The notes beneath the pieces were generated by a model that did no database searches, was not told where the DNA came from, and worked only from the letters and a program-made list of their open reading frames with translations. DNA of 61,355 nucleotides, filler included, from Sphacelaria rigidula (lineage: Eukaryota), in assembly GCA_964200075.2 (NCBI GenBank). It is 8 parts of 8 records of this genome, joined end to end, with 100 filler letters (N's around TTAATTAATTAA, not from the genome) between each part and the next. Parts side by side here need not be neighbours in the genome. Positions count along the whole stretch, not along the records: positions 38,412 to 45,993 come from CAXNAA020014228.1; positions 46,094 to 53,674 come from CAXNAA020014229.1; 6 more parts are not named here. One strand, written 5' to 3'. A program made the position numbers and the translations under genes. Below are positions 38,312-50,011 of this stretch, piece after piece. Numbering within the stretch: the first letter of the stretch is position 1; each line of letters starts with the position of its first letter.

Positions 38312-38411
38312 NNNNNNNNNNNNNNNNNNNNNNNNNNNNNNNNNNNNNNNNNNNNTTAATTAATTAANNNNNNNNNNNNNNNNNNNNNNNNNNNNNNNNN
38401 NNNNNNNNNNN
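38312..38411. other. Artificial contig linker
   Basis: N44-TTAATTAATTAA-N44. Confidence 0.98.
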
Positions 38412-38520
38412 AAATCGGGCCCAAAAAAGGGGCTCGTAGGGGGTTGGGGTTGGTCATTTCCAATCCAGAGACCCCCCTGCTCAATCGTATCTTCTATTCT
38501 CAATCTCACGAAAACATTGT
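38412..38520 (+). repeat. Dispersed repeat shared with 223-277 and 46106-46148
   Basis: AAATCGGG.CCA.AAA..GGG.TCGTAG.GGGTTGGGGTT.GTCATTTCCAATCC (also at 223) and CTCAATCGTATC.TCTA.TCTCAATCTCACGAAAACA (also at ~46107). Confidence 0.75.
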
Positions 38521-38529
38521 TTGCAGTTT

Positions 38530-38655
38530 ATCGTGAGTAGACAGAATTTGGTTTCACGGTCGACGAGCGGAAGAGACCGCTGAACCCCTCTCGCGATGAA
38601 AAAGTAAGGCAACCACCACAGAATTTCCTGTGTTGAACTCCCTTCTGTGTTACAC
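38530..38655 (+). mobile_element. SINE body fragment
   Basis: TTTCACGGTCGACGAGCGGAAGAGACCGCTGAACCCCTCTCGCGAT matches the other SINE copies. Confidence 0.7.
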
Positions 38656-38730
38656 GTAAGGTACACAACTACTGTATCAGCATGGATATCGCATCATGGT
38701 CTCGACTTCACTTCATTTGTACTGTTTGAA

Positions 38731-38892
38731 CCCTTTTGAGACCGGATTCCTAGAAACATGTGGTTTGCACGCAGGGGCGTTTCCATGAATCGGCAATATT
38801 TTTAGTTGTAAACGATTAAAAATTATGTCGATTCATACACAAACGCCCCTGCGTGCATATCACATGTTTCTGGGGATCCCGTTACAAAAGGG
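38731..38892. mobile_element. piggyBac-type MITE
   Basis: CCCTTTTG...CAAAAGGG with inner inverted AGAAACATGTG..TGCACGCAGGGGCGTTT. TTAA on the right, TGAA on the left. Confidence 0.8.
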
Positions 38893-39562
38893 TTAATCCT
38901 TTGACCGGTAGGGTAGGTCATCTCGACCACGCTGTGGTTTGTGAAGTCCAAGTAACTGATGCCGATTTAACAACAGATGACCGATCATGGCGGTCAAATG
39001 ATCAAATTCGTTGCCACCATATGGGTTCTTGGTTTGCGAGGGCGGTCAGTTCCTCAGGTTCACTTTTGATTGTGATGCGTTGTTTTGAGCCTTCGTACAT
39101 ACTCATCATCTATGTTGCTCTTGGGGCTGAAAACGAAACAAACAAGAAGTTTTTTTGCAAATCGAACCGGCATCATGCTCATGAAACAGTCAGAAGACAC
39201 GACAATTTTTTTCCGCCGCTTTCCATCAACCATTTGCCAGCGAAAATTAGGCAATCTGTTGAAGTGGCATCAATTTCACTCAATAAAAGCGTCTATGATC
39301 CAGATTTTCTACCGTGCTCAGTCCATGAGCTTACACAACGCACACAGCTATCACCGGTGCTCATGTACCTTGGCTGTCGATCCACTGATCGTGGCGGCGA
39401 AGCCGGAGAAACGCTACGTTGCGGTTGTCGTGCGCTCAACTGTCCTGCTATTTCTGGAGCCTGTTTCGTACAATGGGTCATGTCTGTGATGTTGAACCCG
39501 GGGTTGTCCGTGTTTTAGGAGATATCGGTCGCTACTGTTGGTCGAGTGTTCTTTGCTTTTTA

Positions 39563-40045
39563 GGCCGGATGTTATGGCGAACAGATTTTTGGTCCACGGA
39601 TTGTTCACCTTAGGGACATTTGACCCCCTTTTTGACCCCCAAACAGGGAAAATCACCAACATACGTCTTGGACACTTTTCATCACCCCACAGAGAGGAGC
39701 CTAGCCCATTTTTCACATTCGCTTGACTCCGAGGTTTCAAGATTGGCCGCCGAACAAACATTCGTGTGCGAAAATCCGTGCTTGCCGACCCCCGCCAGTT
39801 TGCCTAGTATTCTGTGGAGATCGCCGCAGATTTTGTTGCACACGGAGTTTTGTTCAGCGGCCGCTCCCGAAATCTTGTAGCCAAGCGAATCTGAAAAGTG
39901 GACTACGCTTCAGTCTGTAGGGTGATGCAAAGTATCCAAGACGTGTGTTGGCGGTGTTCCCTGTTTGGGGGTAAAACAAGTGGCTCAAACGCCATAAAAG
40001 TGAACAATCCGTTGGCCAAAAGTCTGAGTGCCATAACATTCGGCC
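39563..40045. mobile_element. PIF/Harbinger-like MITE with ~190-bp TIRs
   Basis: Termini GGCCGGATGTTATGGC / GCCATAACATTCGGCC. TTA on both sides (39560-39562, 40046-40048). Related sequence at ~57790-58000. Confidence 0.85.
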
Positions 40046-41196
40046 TTATGGACGACTTTCACACGGGATAGTCTGTCATGTTGAATCCGCGGTCATCGTT
40101 TACCGTGTTTTGGGGGATATCGGTCGCTACTGTTGGTCGATTGTTGTCTTACTTCTTCCGTTTTTCTTATATATCCATTACCATGCGGGTATTGCTGCTT
40201 CGTTGTTGCCCACGAAGGAGGGTGAATTCATATTTAATGCCTTTTCAGTTGCTGTTTCTGGACCCTGTTCCGTACGATGGGCGTTTCTGCGGTGCAACAG
40301 TACTGGGCTCATGATTGCGAACAATCGTGTGTGTCCGTCGCAAGCCTTTGTGTCCCCGGGTATCGGGTTCCTATTCGTTGCTGTGGGTGGAAAACGTAAA
40401 TGAATGTCTTCGTATCTGTTCTTCGACGGTGGAGGTAGTCTTTTGCCCGTTCTACCGTATCGGTACAATCGTCAAAACATCATTAAGCCTCTTCTTCATA
40501 CCCTGCCCCCGGGACACGGGTCTCCATAATATGCACACAGCGCAATTTACTGCACTTGAAGCTATGATCTGTTCCATCACCTAATGAGAGCAACGATGAC
40601 CGGTCCTCATGTACCTGGGCTATCGATCTCATTGAGCGTGGCGGCGGAAGCCGCCGAACCCCTCGTATATATATATATATATATATACTCCTGGGACACT
40701 CAACCTGACCACACTCAATCTTATTCTCCACGTTCTTGACGAATATATCGTACGTTTAGGCAACGCTCTCCCCGTTCAGATGCTACATACATCTCCACAC
40801 GGTTGACACGGAGCCGGAAGAATTGGCCTGTTTCCAGTGGTTTCGAAGCGTACCCTCAAAACCTGCAAAAACAATCGTTTTCTGGTTTATTCTACAGACT
40901 GCGGGACATTCCCTGAAAAGGTTTTGAAGTTTTCAAAATAGTTTCCTATTGAACATATACCGTTTCTTCGATCATTGAGTTTGAAGGCCACTCCAAACCA
41001 CCTATCGGAACAACAAATGCTCCTACATACACTCATGATACATGATACAGCAGTGGGGCATTGCAGCCCCTGGAAACAGGATATTGCAGCCTTTGGCCTC
41101 TCGCCCAGCAAGCTACAAGCTACAAGCTACAAGCTACCGCCTCCGCCCCCCCCCCCCCCCGCATCATTCACCATGAGTCTCGCCCAGAAAATCTTG

Positions 41197-44090
41197 TCAA
41201 ACTTCCGTGCGATTGTGCTTAAGCATAACCGCGGATTCGATCCGGTCACCTAACGCCTTCTCCCGCCGTGAGTCCAAACACCCCTTCACAATGGAGAACA
41301 CTCGCTCCATGACCTCGGACGATGGCTGAATAAGTACGATATCCATCGCCACGAGATACCACGTGGAAAGCCTTGTTTTGTTATCGTCCTAAAACGACAG
41401 CGAGCCGTAATCTGAGTGCATGCCGGGCCGTAACCAAAAAGTCATCCTTCTCGGACAAAAGGCCCGCCATGACCTCGGGGGTCACGAAGGGGAAAACATC
41501 AAGCTGGCGGACCTCCTCCCCGGTGTAGGCGCGAGGTCCGCGGCCTCTGCAGCATCACGCGGCAGCAGCTTTGAAGTCCGCACCTCAGTCACCCCAACCT
41601 CTTCCAGCTCCGCCATAGTGACTTCACTTGCTATCACTTGTAGTGAGATCTCGCTGCCGCTTTCACTGATTATCCCTCCAAAACGCTGTACGTTGTACTT
41701 CGTACAAGGTACAATGGGCCCCATGGCCCCATGTACAACTATTGTACAAAATCTTGGTTACATTTTTCAATCCAACATGGTTTCATGATTATGAAATAAA
41801 CACCGAAACGTTTTTCTAACCAGACCCGCAACCATGGCAGATTGAAGTATTGAAGCCTGTCTGGACGAGTCACGCCATATCCCGTAGGGGACACTTTCAG
41901 GCAGCTGCTACAATGACTGTAAGAGACGCATAAAACTTCATCGCGACTTTACGCGTGTTTCAAGTACACTATAAGCTTGTCAGAAAGTTTGAGCTCGTTT
42001 TCAACTTCTTTGAAAAACTTATTCCAAGCCCATACCCCCAAATGAAGCTAAACTTTATGCGCGCATACGAAGCAAAAGCAATATTTGCCATGGGTTTTTA
42101 TACGGCATTCACGTATTTCGTTTCGGTTCACGCGTGTGTGTGCTCTTGTGATCGTGTGGTGATATTTCGATCCTTGTTATTTGATTGGCTCGCTCGAGTT
42201 TCCACGAGGAAGATCCGGGACACTTTTTGCAAGTATATCCTATATATTTGGAGCCAAATTAGCATCTCTGACAGTGTACTATGTACAGTACTGCGCTGCG
42301 CTGCGGACATACCGTCTTGCCTCTGCTGTACAGTTGACGGCACTACACCCTACTGTACTGCATGAGATTCATCTCAATTTACTGCCTGCGCTGATACTTG
42401 ACTTCCTTAAAGCTGGGAACGTTGGAGGCCAAACTCTATTGTCACGTTGACGCCATTGCCCTGTTCGCTCAGCTGCGTTACTTTGATTTCTGTATAAGAA
42501 AAATGCAGCATGTAACGTTTGCATCATACTCCAGCCTTATTTTCAACGGATGACTAAAAAACCCTTCTTGGTCCACCTCACCGGCACTTCGCCGGGTGGA
42601 TGGCAGGACGGGTAGTATACAGAGGGCACTAGGCTAGTTGTGCAAGCCAAGCCTTTGCCAATGTACAGGTCCAGCAGCCTCATATTCCACGAGGAAGAAC
42701 TGACCAAGGTTGTGTTTTGTAGGGTACGCTTTTCTGTGTACCCCGGGCATTTAATCGGGTATTTACTGTACCAGACAGTTCTGTAAATTGTGTAAAATTT
42801 CCATACCGGTACCCGACAGTTCTGTAATCTTTATAAGACCTTCATACCCGTACCCGGGAGTTCTGTAGGCCTCCCGTATCGTTACCGGGGGGCACGGGTA
42901 TGCTCTTGATCAGATATCCGGTTGCGGGTACGGTTTTCTGTGTAACTTCCATACACTACCCGACAGTTTCTGTGAGTTCTGTGAGCCTCCCATACCCTTT
43001 CCCGGCAGTTCTGTGAGTCCGGTACAAAAGCTTCACCCTGACCTGACGGGCGGGTATGCCCTAAAAGAGTTATCCGATTGCCGGTACGGTTTTCCCGTAA
43101 GCCTCCCGTACCGTACCCAACAAGTTCTGTAATCTCTGCGATAATTTTATACCGGTACTCGACACTTCTGTAAACTCTGTAAGACTTTCATACCGGTACC
43201 CGACACTTCTGTAAGTTCTGTGAGGAATCTCATACCCTACAGGATGTACCCGTACCTTACAGAACACAACCTTGGAACTGACACACTCATCACGTTTTCT
43301 TATTATATCTTATCCTCGTTTCATTGCAATTAATATGATTCCACATTAACCGCAACGTAAGTGGTACCAGCTAGGCCACGTTTCCGGATATTTTATCCCG
43401 TTCTGATCGACGACACCCTCACCTTCCTCGTTGCTGCGTTGATCCGGTTGCACCTCCCAAAGCAGTGCGTTGCGTGCCGGATCTTCCAGATGACGAACCT
43501 CTGCCAACACCACCACCGCTACCATTGCCGGACCAGGCATAGCATTCTCTGGATACACCCAAGACAGCACCAGTCGCCCCGCCGGAGCTAGTGCGCTCGT
43601 CACGATATCTTGTGGTGAGATCAACAGGAAATTTGAGTATTGAGAGGTTAGAGGGGCCCTCTATACTGTTCGCCAGAAACGCATAATTGGTCAATCTTGC
43701 GAGGTTTATGTGTTTGTTTCTGTGGTATGGCAAAGGGCATGACGAGATATCGTAAAATGTGGCACGTTTCTGCTGATGCTTACCGCTCAGTAGTTTGATG
43801 CATACGATCAATTGCCCGACCAGACAGCAAGTACGAGCGAATCCCAGGCACCTACTGGCTCCATGGGCTTGAAAGATGAAGGTAAAAATGTTCCGCCGAC
43901 CGCACCCTGAGCTTGACGGACAAACGCTGAACTTGTGAATCGGATGAAACATCCCAGGTATTACTCCACGTCGTCGCAGCTCTCGCTAGAATAACGTGCA
44001 TGTCCGGCCATGTTATGACGTGTTTCAATTTGTCACCGTTTACCATGGGAGGGTGAAGGCTGAACGTTGGTTGCTGTTGCGTGTAGTTCA
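41197..44090 (-). pseudogene. Degenerate, fragmented hAT transposase
   Basis: C-terminal dimerisation motif F*DDNKTRLSTWYLVAMDIVLIQPSSEVMERVFS (41197-41400) is clear. RWW motif at ~43505-43520 and AH motif at ~43860 are weaker. Interrupted by the MITE at 42705. Confidence 0.6.
42705..43274. mobile_element. hAT-type non-autonomous element with internal tandem repeats
   Basis: TIR CAAGGTTGTGTT(T/C)TGTA(G/A)GGTACG. Perfect 8-bp TSD GAACTGAC (42697-42704, 43275-43282). Internal units like CATACCGGTACCCGACA.TTCTGTAA.TTCTGT. Confidence 0.93.
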
Positions 44091-45304
44091 CTCCTCAATT
44101 TTGTCAGCTGTCCTAGCAACTACGAGTGCGGATATACGGTGATCATGTCCGCAGATAAGTACGAGTCCGAACTATAACCAACTACACAAAATATCGTTAG
44201 TCGTGCTCTCATGCGTACTGTTACCAGGGGTATGCTGAAAAAGGGTATCTGGATACGTAGGTCCCAAGATCGAAATTTTGAGTTTTTGCGGGGGGGAGCG
44301 ACACCCAGCCTGCTGTTCCCTAGTTTATAGCCGAAACGTTGCAGGATGTGGTCAGCTGTCGTGTACAGATAGATACCCTTGGCATGGAAATCGCTGAGAT
44401 GGCGAACACGCAGCCCAACCCAAGCTGGTGTTCAGATAGATCATTTACCGTGAGTACACTTATGGGATCATGTTCCCTGTCGTGTGCCTGGAGTACCTCC
44501 CAGTAGTCCCGGGCAAGTTTGACGAAGCATGAGATAATAGTGCTAATTTGGCTACAGGCTGTCGCTACCGTGTGCTCGTGTGATACGTGTGTGTGAGCAT
44601 GGCCGGCATCCGAGGTCATCGGGACAGAGCGGGCAAGGAGCAGAAGGAAATATCCAAATCTCGCGAAGCCCCAAGACGTTTTGGCTTTTGTCAGTGTTTA
44701 AAATCATTTTTTTGCAACGAGAATAAAAAATAGAAAATCACAAAAATCATGACATTTGTTTCTTAAAAAGGCCCTCCGGGAGGGGGGGGGGGGCTACGTG
44801 TCCAGAAATCTTTCCCCAACTAACCCCTGCTGTTACCCATGTTTTTGTTCTTCCTTAAAGGAAGGAGGAAACCCTATCCGACACTTACCCGTGGGATACA
44901 ATAATTTTTGCAACAGAGTTTCATGTTGCACAGTTGAGTGACAATTCACCCTACGGTACCCAGCACGCGACGACCAATTTGTCGAGTGCTACAGCACATG
45001 GAAGGGCACGATGGTTTCACAGAGTACCCGTCCTCTCACAAGAATCTGGTGTGTCTTCCCTGGCCCGGTCGCACAGCTACAATTTCACAAAACTGCTCGC
45101 AACAGCCAAGTTGCAGTGATTCTACTTGTAGATCGTGTACAGCCATTTTCGAAGCACTGTGATCCGCAATGGTATGAAATTTCTGTAAACCGTTTCCTAC
45201 CGCTTGATCCATGGCGTGGAGTCATCTGCGTATGCACGGTGCGGTAGTAGTGCGCGTAAATGGATCGCAACACCGGCGCCCACAAACGGGGAGGCGGATT
45301 CAAG

Positions 45305-45818
45305 CCCTTGGGGACCGGACTCCCAGAAACATGTGGATAACACAAAGGGGCCTCACAGGTGGATACTTTGCTACACCCTCGGAACACCTTCCGAAGGTGA
45401 GACTCTTTGGCGACCCTCTAAAGGTCCAAAACCCTCCTCTACATATCCTCTACGAGGTGCCGCCTTCATTTTGTCAAGAGACGGTTAACTAGACTACAAG
45501 GGTAGTCCGTCTGGATCACGCACACTTCTTTCAAGTGAGATTGATGCCGATTCAACAGAGGCGGACAGCTTGTTACACCCTCGGAACAACTTCCGATGGT
45601 GAGACCCCCCGGCGACCCTCTGAAGGTCTAAAACCCCCTGTGGCGACCTTGCTACACACCCTGTACAACGTGTCGCCTTGCGGCGAGAGCAAAATGTCCA
45701 ACTGTGCTTGTTGCGAATCGGCATCATTTTTACTTAAAAACGACTGAAAACAATGCCCACTGACAAAAAGGTCCCTGCGTGCAAACCACATGTTTCTGAG
45801 AGTCCGGTCCCAAAAGGG
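45305..45818. mobile_element. piggyBac-type non-autonomous element
   Basis: Ends CCCTT.GGGACCGGACTC.CAGAAACATGTGG, inverted. TTAA at the right end. Internal ~65-bp direct repeat at 45369 and 45571. Shares motifs with the 1337 and 38731 MITEs. Confidence 0.75.
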
Positions 45819-45993
45819 TTAACCATCAGACTGCAAGCGTCGCCTCGAAACGGTCTCACAGGCTGACAGTCCGGAGACATCCGGGGGCTTCCAGGGGGGG
45901 GGGGGGGGGGGGGGGAGACCTTTTGTTGTTTGCCCTGGGGGTTTCATGTGTCGCCCCCCCTCCCTTCTGACGGGGCGCCCTCCGTGGGGGGCG

Positions 45994-46093
45994 NNNNNNN
46001 NNNNNNNNNNNNNNNNNNNNNNNNNNNNNNNNNNNNNTTAATTAATTAANNNNNNNNNNNNNNNNNNNNNNNNNNNNNNNNNNNNNNNNNNNN
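45994..46093. other. Artificial contig linker
   Basis: N44-TTAATTAATTAA-N44. Confidence 0.98.
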
Positions 46094-46144
46094 GATCAAA
46101 GCCACCCTCAATCGTATCATCTACTCTCAATCTCACGAAAACAC

Positions 46145-46440
46145 TGTTGGGTAAGTTCGCAGGAGCCCCGAAACTTCCATATCTGTACAGCCGGATCTGG
46201 GACCCCAAGGTAACAGGGATCTTCCCAGCGAACTGCTGGCTACCCCTGGGGATCACTCTTGACCAAGACTCTCAGACTTCGTCATCGGGCTAACTCGCTC
46301 GCGCTCGTCGAGCTTTCCCGAGTGTTCCACTTCGCCTCAACCCCGCGACTTACGGTCAATCCTTGACTACATAACCCGAGGGAAATCATCGGCCACCTTC
46401 AACGGTTTCTACCGTCACCGGGAGTCTCCCGACTTCCACA
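46145..46440 (+). mobile_element. Putative 5' LTR of the Gypsy element
   Basis: Starts TGTTGG where homology to the host repeat (cf. 38510) ends. Ends TTCCACA one base before the TGG of the PBS. No second LTR on the contig to confirm. Confidence 0.6.
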
Positions 46441-46441
46441 T

Positions 46442-46526
46442 TGGCGACACCAGTGAGATTCGAACTCACGCGTGCGAAGCACATTGACTTAGCAAGTCAA
46501 CACCTTAACCACTCGGTCATGGTGCC
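46442..46526 (-). tRNA. tRNA-Ser(GCU), full length with encoded CCA, at the PBS position
   Basis: Minus strand: GGCACCA TG ACCGAGTGGTTAAGGT G TTGAC TTGCTAA GTCAA TGTGCTTCGCACGC GTGAG TTCGAAT CTCAC TGGTGTC G CCA. All stems pair; anticodon GCT, long variable arm, discriminator G. Confidence 0.93.
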
Positions 46527-47598
46527 AAGAATTGTAACGAGTGAAGACCTCCAATCCAACAAAGTACCGGATGCTTTTAGCCGCCTCGTTGTGGCACGCA
46601 CAGCCTGCATCTGGTCAGCGGTCAACAAAACAGCTAGGGTACAAGTAGCGAACCCGTCGAATAGACACGTCCAACTCCCAAGAAAATTATTTTTGGGACA
46701 CATCACACAAGTCGGAAAAAATGACCCGACGGGGAACGCCGGTGACCTTTCACAAGTTGAAACAAATTACCCGACGGTCAGTGCAATTTCACAAGCTGAA
46801 CGGCAAAATACTGACGCCCGACAAGAACTTACAATAGAGCTCCAAAATACATTTAAAGATAGCACGTTTTCTGAAAATCAGAAGAGTCAAGTGCTCGACC
46901 TATGTATCAAATACAGGTCCGTCTTCTCACTGTCACAACGAGAATTAGGTTGTACAATTGGGGAAGCAACTTTTCCCCTTCTCCCGGGTACCAAGCCCGT
47001 CGATCGGGCCCCGTACAGAGCCAACCCCAGAATTCAAGAAGTCGTCGACAACTGTGTACAGGAGATGGAAAAAGACGGCATAATTGAACAGAGGACCAGC
47101 CCATGGGGCTCGGCAGTGACGACCGTAGCTAAACATGATGGTACTGCCAGATTTTGTGTTGACTACAGATCCCCGCTCAATAAAAGTCTTGTGCGCAAGT
47201 CATGGCCAATGCCTAATTTGGAAAGTCATGTAGATACGGTGGCAGGCGCCATATTTATCTCTGTCTTTGATGTACAGAGCGCGTTCCATCAGATCCCAAT
47301 AGCGGAGGAGGAGAAAGAAAAAACGGCCTTTGTTACACAGAAAGGTAAGTGGGTTTTCAACAGGCTACCGTTCGGCCTGGCATCTTCCCCGTTCATTTTC
47401 TCGCGAATAATGGCTCTTACTTTCTCACACTTTGGACCCAGGAGCGGTCTGTTGGAGTACATGGATGATTTGATCGCCTGCTCCTCCGCATGGGAAAGTC
47501 ACCTCACTCTACTGGAAGACATGTTCAAAGCACTGAAAAAAGTAGGTCGTACCCTAAAGCCCTCTAAAGCACACTTTAGTCCCAAGGAGGTCAAGTAC
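46527..47598 (+). CDS. Ty3/Gypsy pol fragment: PR-RT linker and RT core, 3'-truncated (within ORF 46441-47658)
   Basis: PYRANP, SPWGSAV, DGTARFCVDYR, FDVQSAFHQI, KTAFVT, RLPFGL, YMDD, LKPSKAHF..KEVKY. Confidence 0.93.
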
Positions 47599-49869
47599 AG
47601 AAAATCTTTAGATTATCATCAGCAGCACAGGTCAACACGCTACACCGCCTCGGAGTAGTGACAATGCCCCCCACGAAATGATGTCATGCTGCAAGGCGGC
47701 GCCGATCATTTATCTAACATCAAATTGTTCGCCTCGGCCCACCCCCACAGAAAAGGAGATTCACCGGCTCTGAGTATCGAGATACATTATGAAAGGGTCA
47801 CAGACGTGGGTCAGATCTGTGAGGTCGCATGCACCGCCTCGTGTACACAGTCAAACGTTGACTATTCCGTTGTTCCATGTTTGTATGTTGTATTTTCGAA
47901 CCCGGTTTACCCTGTGCGCATTCTGCATGCAGTCATGCAGGACGAAGTTTAGTGAGCGCACCGTATGCACAAGTTTGACTCTTGTCAACACAGACGCGCC
48001 TCGCATGGGGTCAGATGGACGATGCTGCATCAAGGTTTCATAACAGTCGTTTCATCACTGCACGGATGCCTTTTGTTCAAAAGCACGGGGGTATGTGTAC
48101 AAGGTATTTCCGACAATCTCCGACCGGTGCGTGTTTTGCGATTAGAGGAAGACAGCTCATTGTGCAGTCTACGGCGTCGGATTCAGGCGTTCTTGCTTCA
48201 ATCCGAAATCCGCTCGGTGTTCATCTCCGTTTCCGAGCCGCAAATTGAAGATCCGGCAACAGTCGTTGCCGCCCCCGCGTGATGCCGTTCAGGCTGGTGT
48301 GTCGGCAAGATGTTCACCCGTCCGTGTTCGTTGGATCTTCGTGAGGTCCGGCACACAAGAGACCTGTATGTATCGTTGGGTCTTCCAGGTCTTCGGGCCA
48401 ACCAACAGGGGGGCTACACTCTTCTGGTCGTTGAGTTTCGGCCTGTTTTGGCGGGGTGTAGTTTTACCGAATATGGTTATGGTTGTGACTGCTCGGCGTA
48501 ACTTGCGCTGAGACGGCGGTACGGTCACCACTTCACAAAAAAGGGTCACCACTTGACAGAAAAGGGTAGATATATATATATATACATTTTTGCAGAGGGC
48601 AGGGTATACCCTGCTGTTTTGCTTACATAAAAAGGTACTCTCACAGGCTCTCATTTTCGGCGCGGTAGTTCAGCCCAGTAACACTTGTGAAAGTGAAAAA
48701 AAAATGGACTGATGTGCTGCCCAGGGATCTTGGGCGTGGGGCTGAAGTGCTGGAACATGTTCTCGAGGTGTTGAGCCAGCGTGCAGCGCCGCGCCCCAAA
48801 GCAAAAAATGCGCTACCCTTTTTTACTCCAAAAGCATAATGGTGTACCCTTTTTTTGTATATTGCCCAAAATGACCCGATCTTCATCCACATGCTTCTTC
48901 TCCCAGTAACCGTGATCAGCTCAGGAATCCAACGGGAAAATTAGAAAATAATACCGGAAACGGTTACTATAAGGTCAAGTCATGCCCCAAACCATGGTAT
49001 TTCAGTAATGTGACGTGTTCGCGTCGTACGATTTCCACTGATAATACACACCGAAGATCCAGCGGGCATCCTAACGGCCTCTTGTATCTGTCGTTGAAAA
49101 CCTCGCATCAGCCTTACACTTGACAGTATGGTTGATACTGGTGTTCCAGACGGAGAAATGTTCGGTTGAAACCTATCATGAAGCTTGTCCGCTTTGAATC
49201 GGCTTCCGGGGATCGCCACTCCTGGATCCCCAGAAGCCGTTGCAGCATACTTCAAAGAACAGTCACAGAACATGTGGTCGTCCCGGGTTTGCCCGAGGAA
49301 CATACGTACGAACGTGCCCTAAAACTCGGTAAACTGATGCAAGGGGGTCGTTCTAACGCCACACGAACCCGAAAATGTTCTATTCTGAAACCAAGTAGAG
49401 ACTCTTCACTTTCCGAGCGCACTTTATCGCACAAGGGTGCAAATTCTCAGGCCGATTCTTGGAGTTGGGTTCTAAAAATGCACACAATCACTACGGGCCA
49501 TTACGGACTTCTTGAAGGCTGGTCAAGGGCTGGTGTTTATTTTTTCGCTAGCTATCGGGTCTTAGATGGGCATGTTATCCTCCCAAATCCTCCGAACCCC
49601 TGGGACCCACGATAGCTGGCGATGAAAAAAGCACCGTCCTTCGAAAGTTTCGTATTGCTCGTACGCAGTAAATGTACGCATTTTCTCAAAATCTAGCTCC
49701 AAGGATCGGCGTGAGCATTTGCGCATGAGGGAACTTTGGCGCAGAAGCCTGTACGAGGCTTTAAACGCTCTCTGTAGCAGTAGCTCGCCACTGAAGCCTC
49801 CGATGATCCCGAGTGGGATATCGACGTGTCGCTGGAAGCACGCGACAGTGATGCAGCCAAGAAACATTA

Positions 49870-50011
49870 CATACCCTGGACAATGGAATACACTGTCAAA
49901 AGATGTATTGCGTACAGTATAGAATCTATTGTCCATTGCTGCAATAGACAATAGATTTCATACTGTACGCAGTACATTTTTTTTACTATGTATTCTTCTG
50001 TCCAGGGTATG
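49870..50011. mobile_element. Hairpin MITE with 8-bp TSD (P- or hAT-like)
   Basis: Near-complete palindrome CATACCCTGGACA...TGTCCAGGGTATG. Flanks AAACATTA / AAACAATA. Confidence 0.75.

Noticed and set aside
47600-49860. Short ORFs and possible exons after the RT fragment
   Set aside because: No recognisable protein similarity or consistent splice model.
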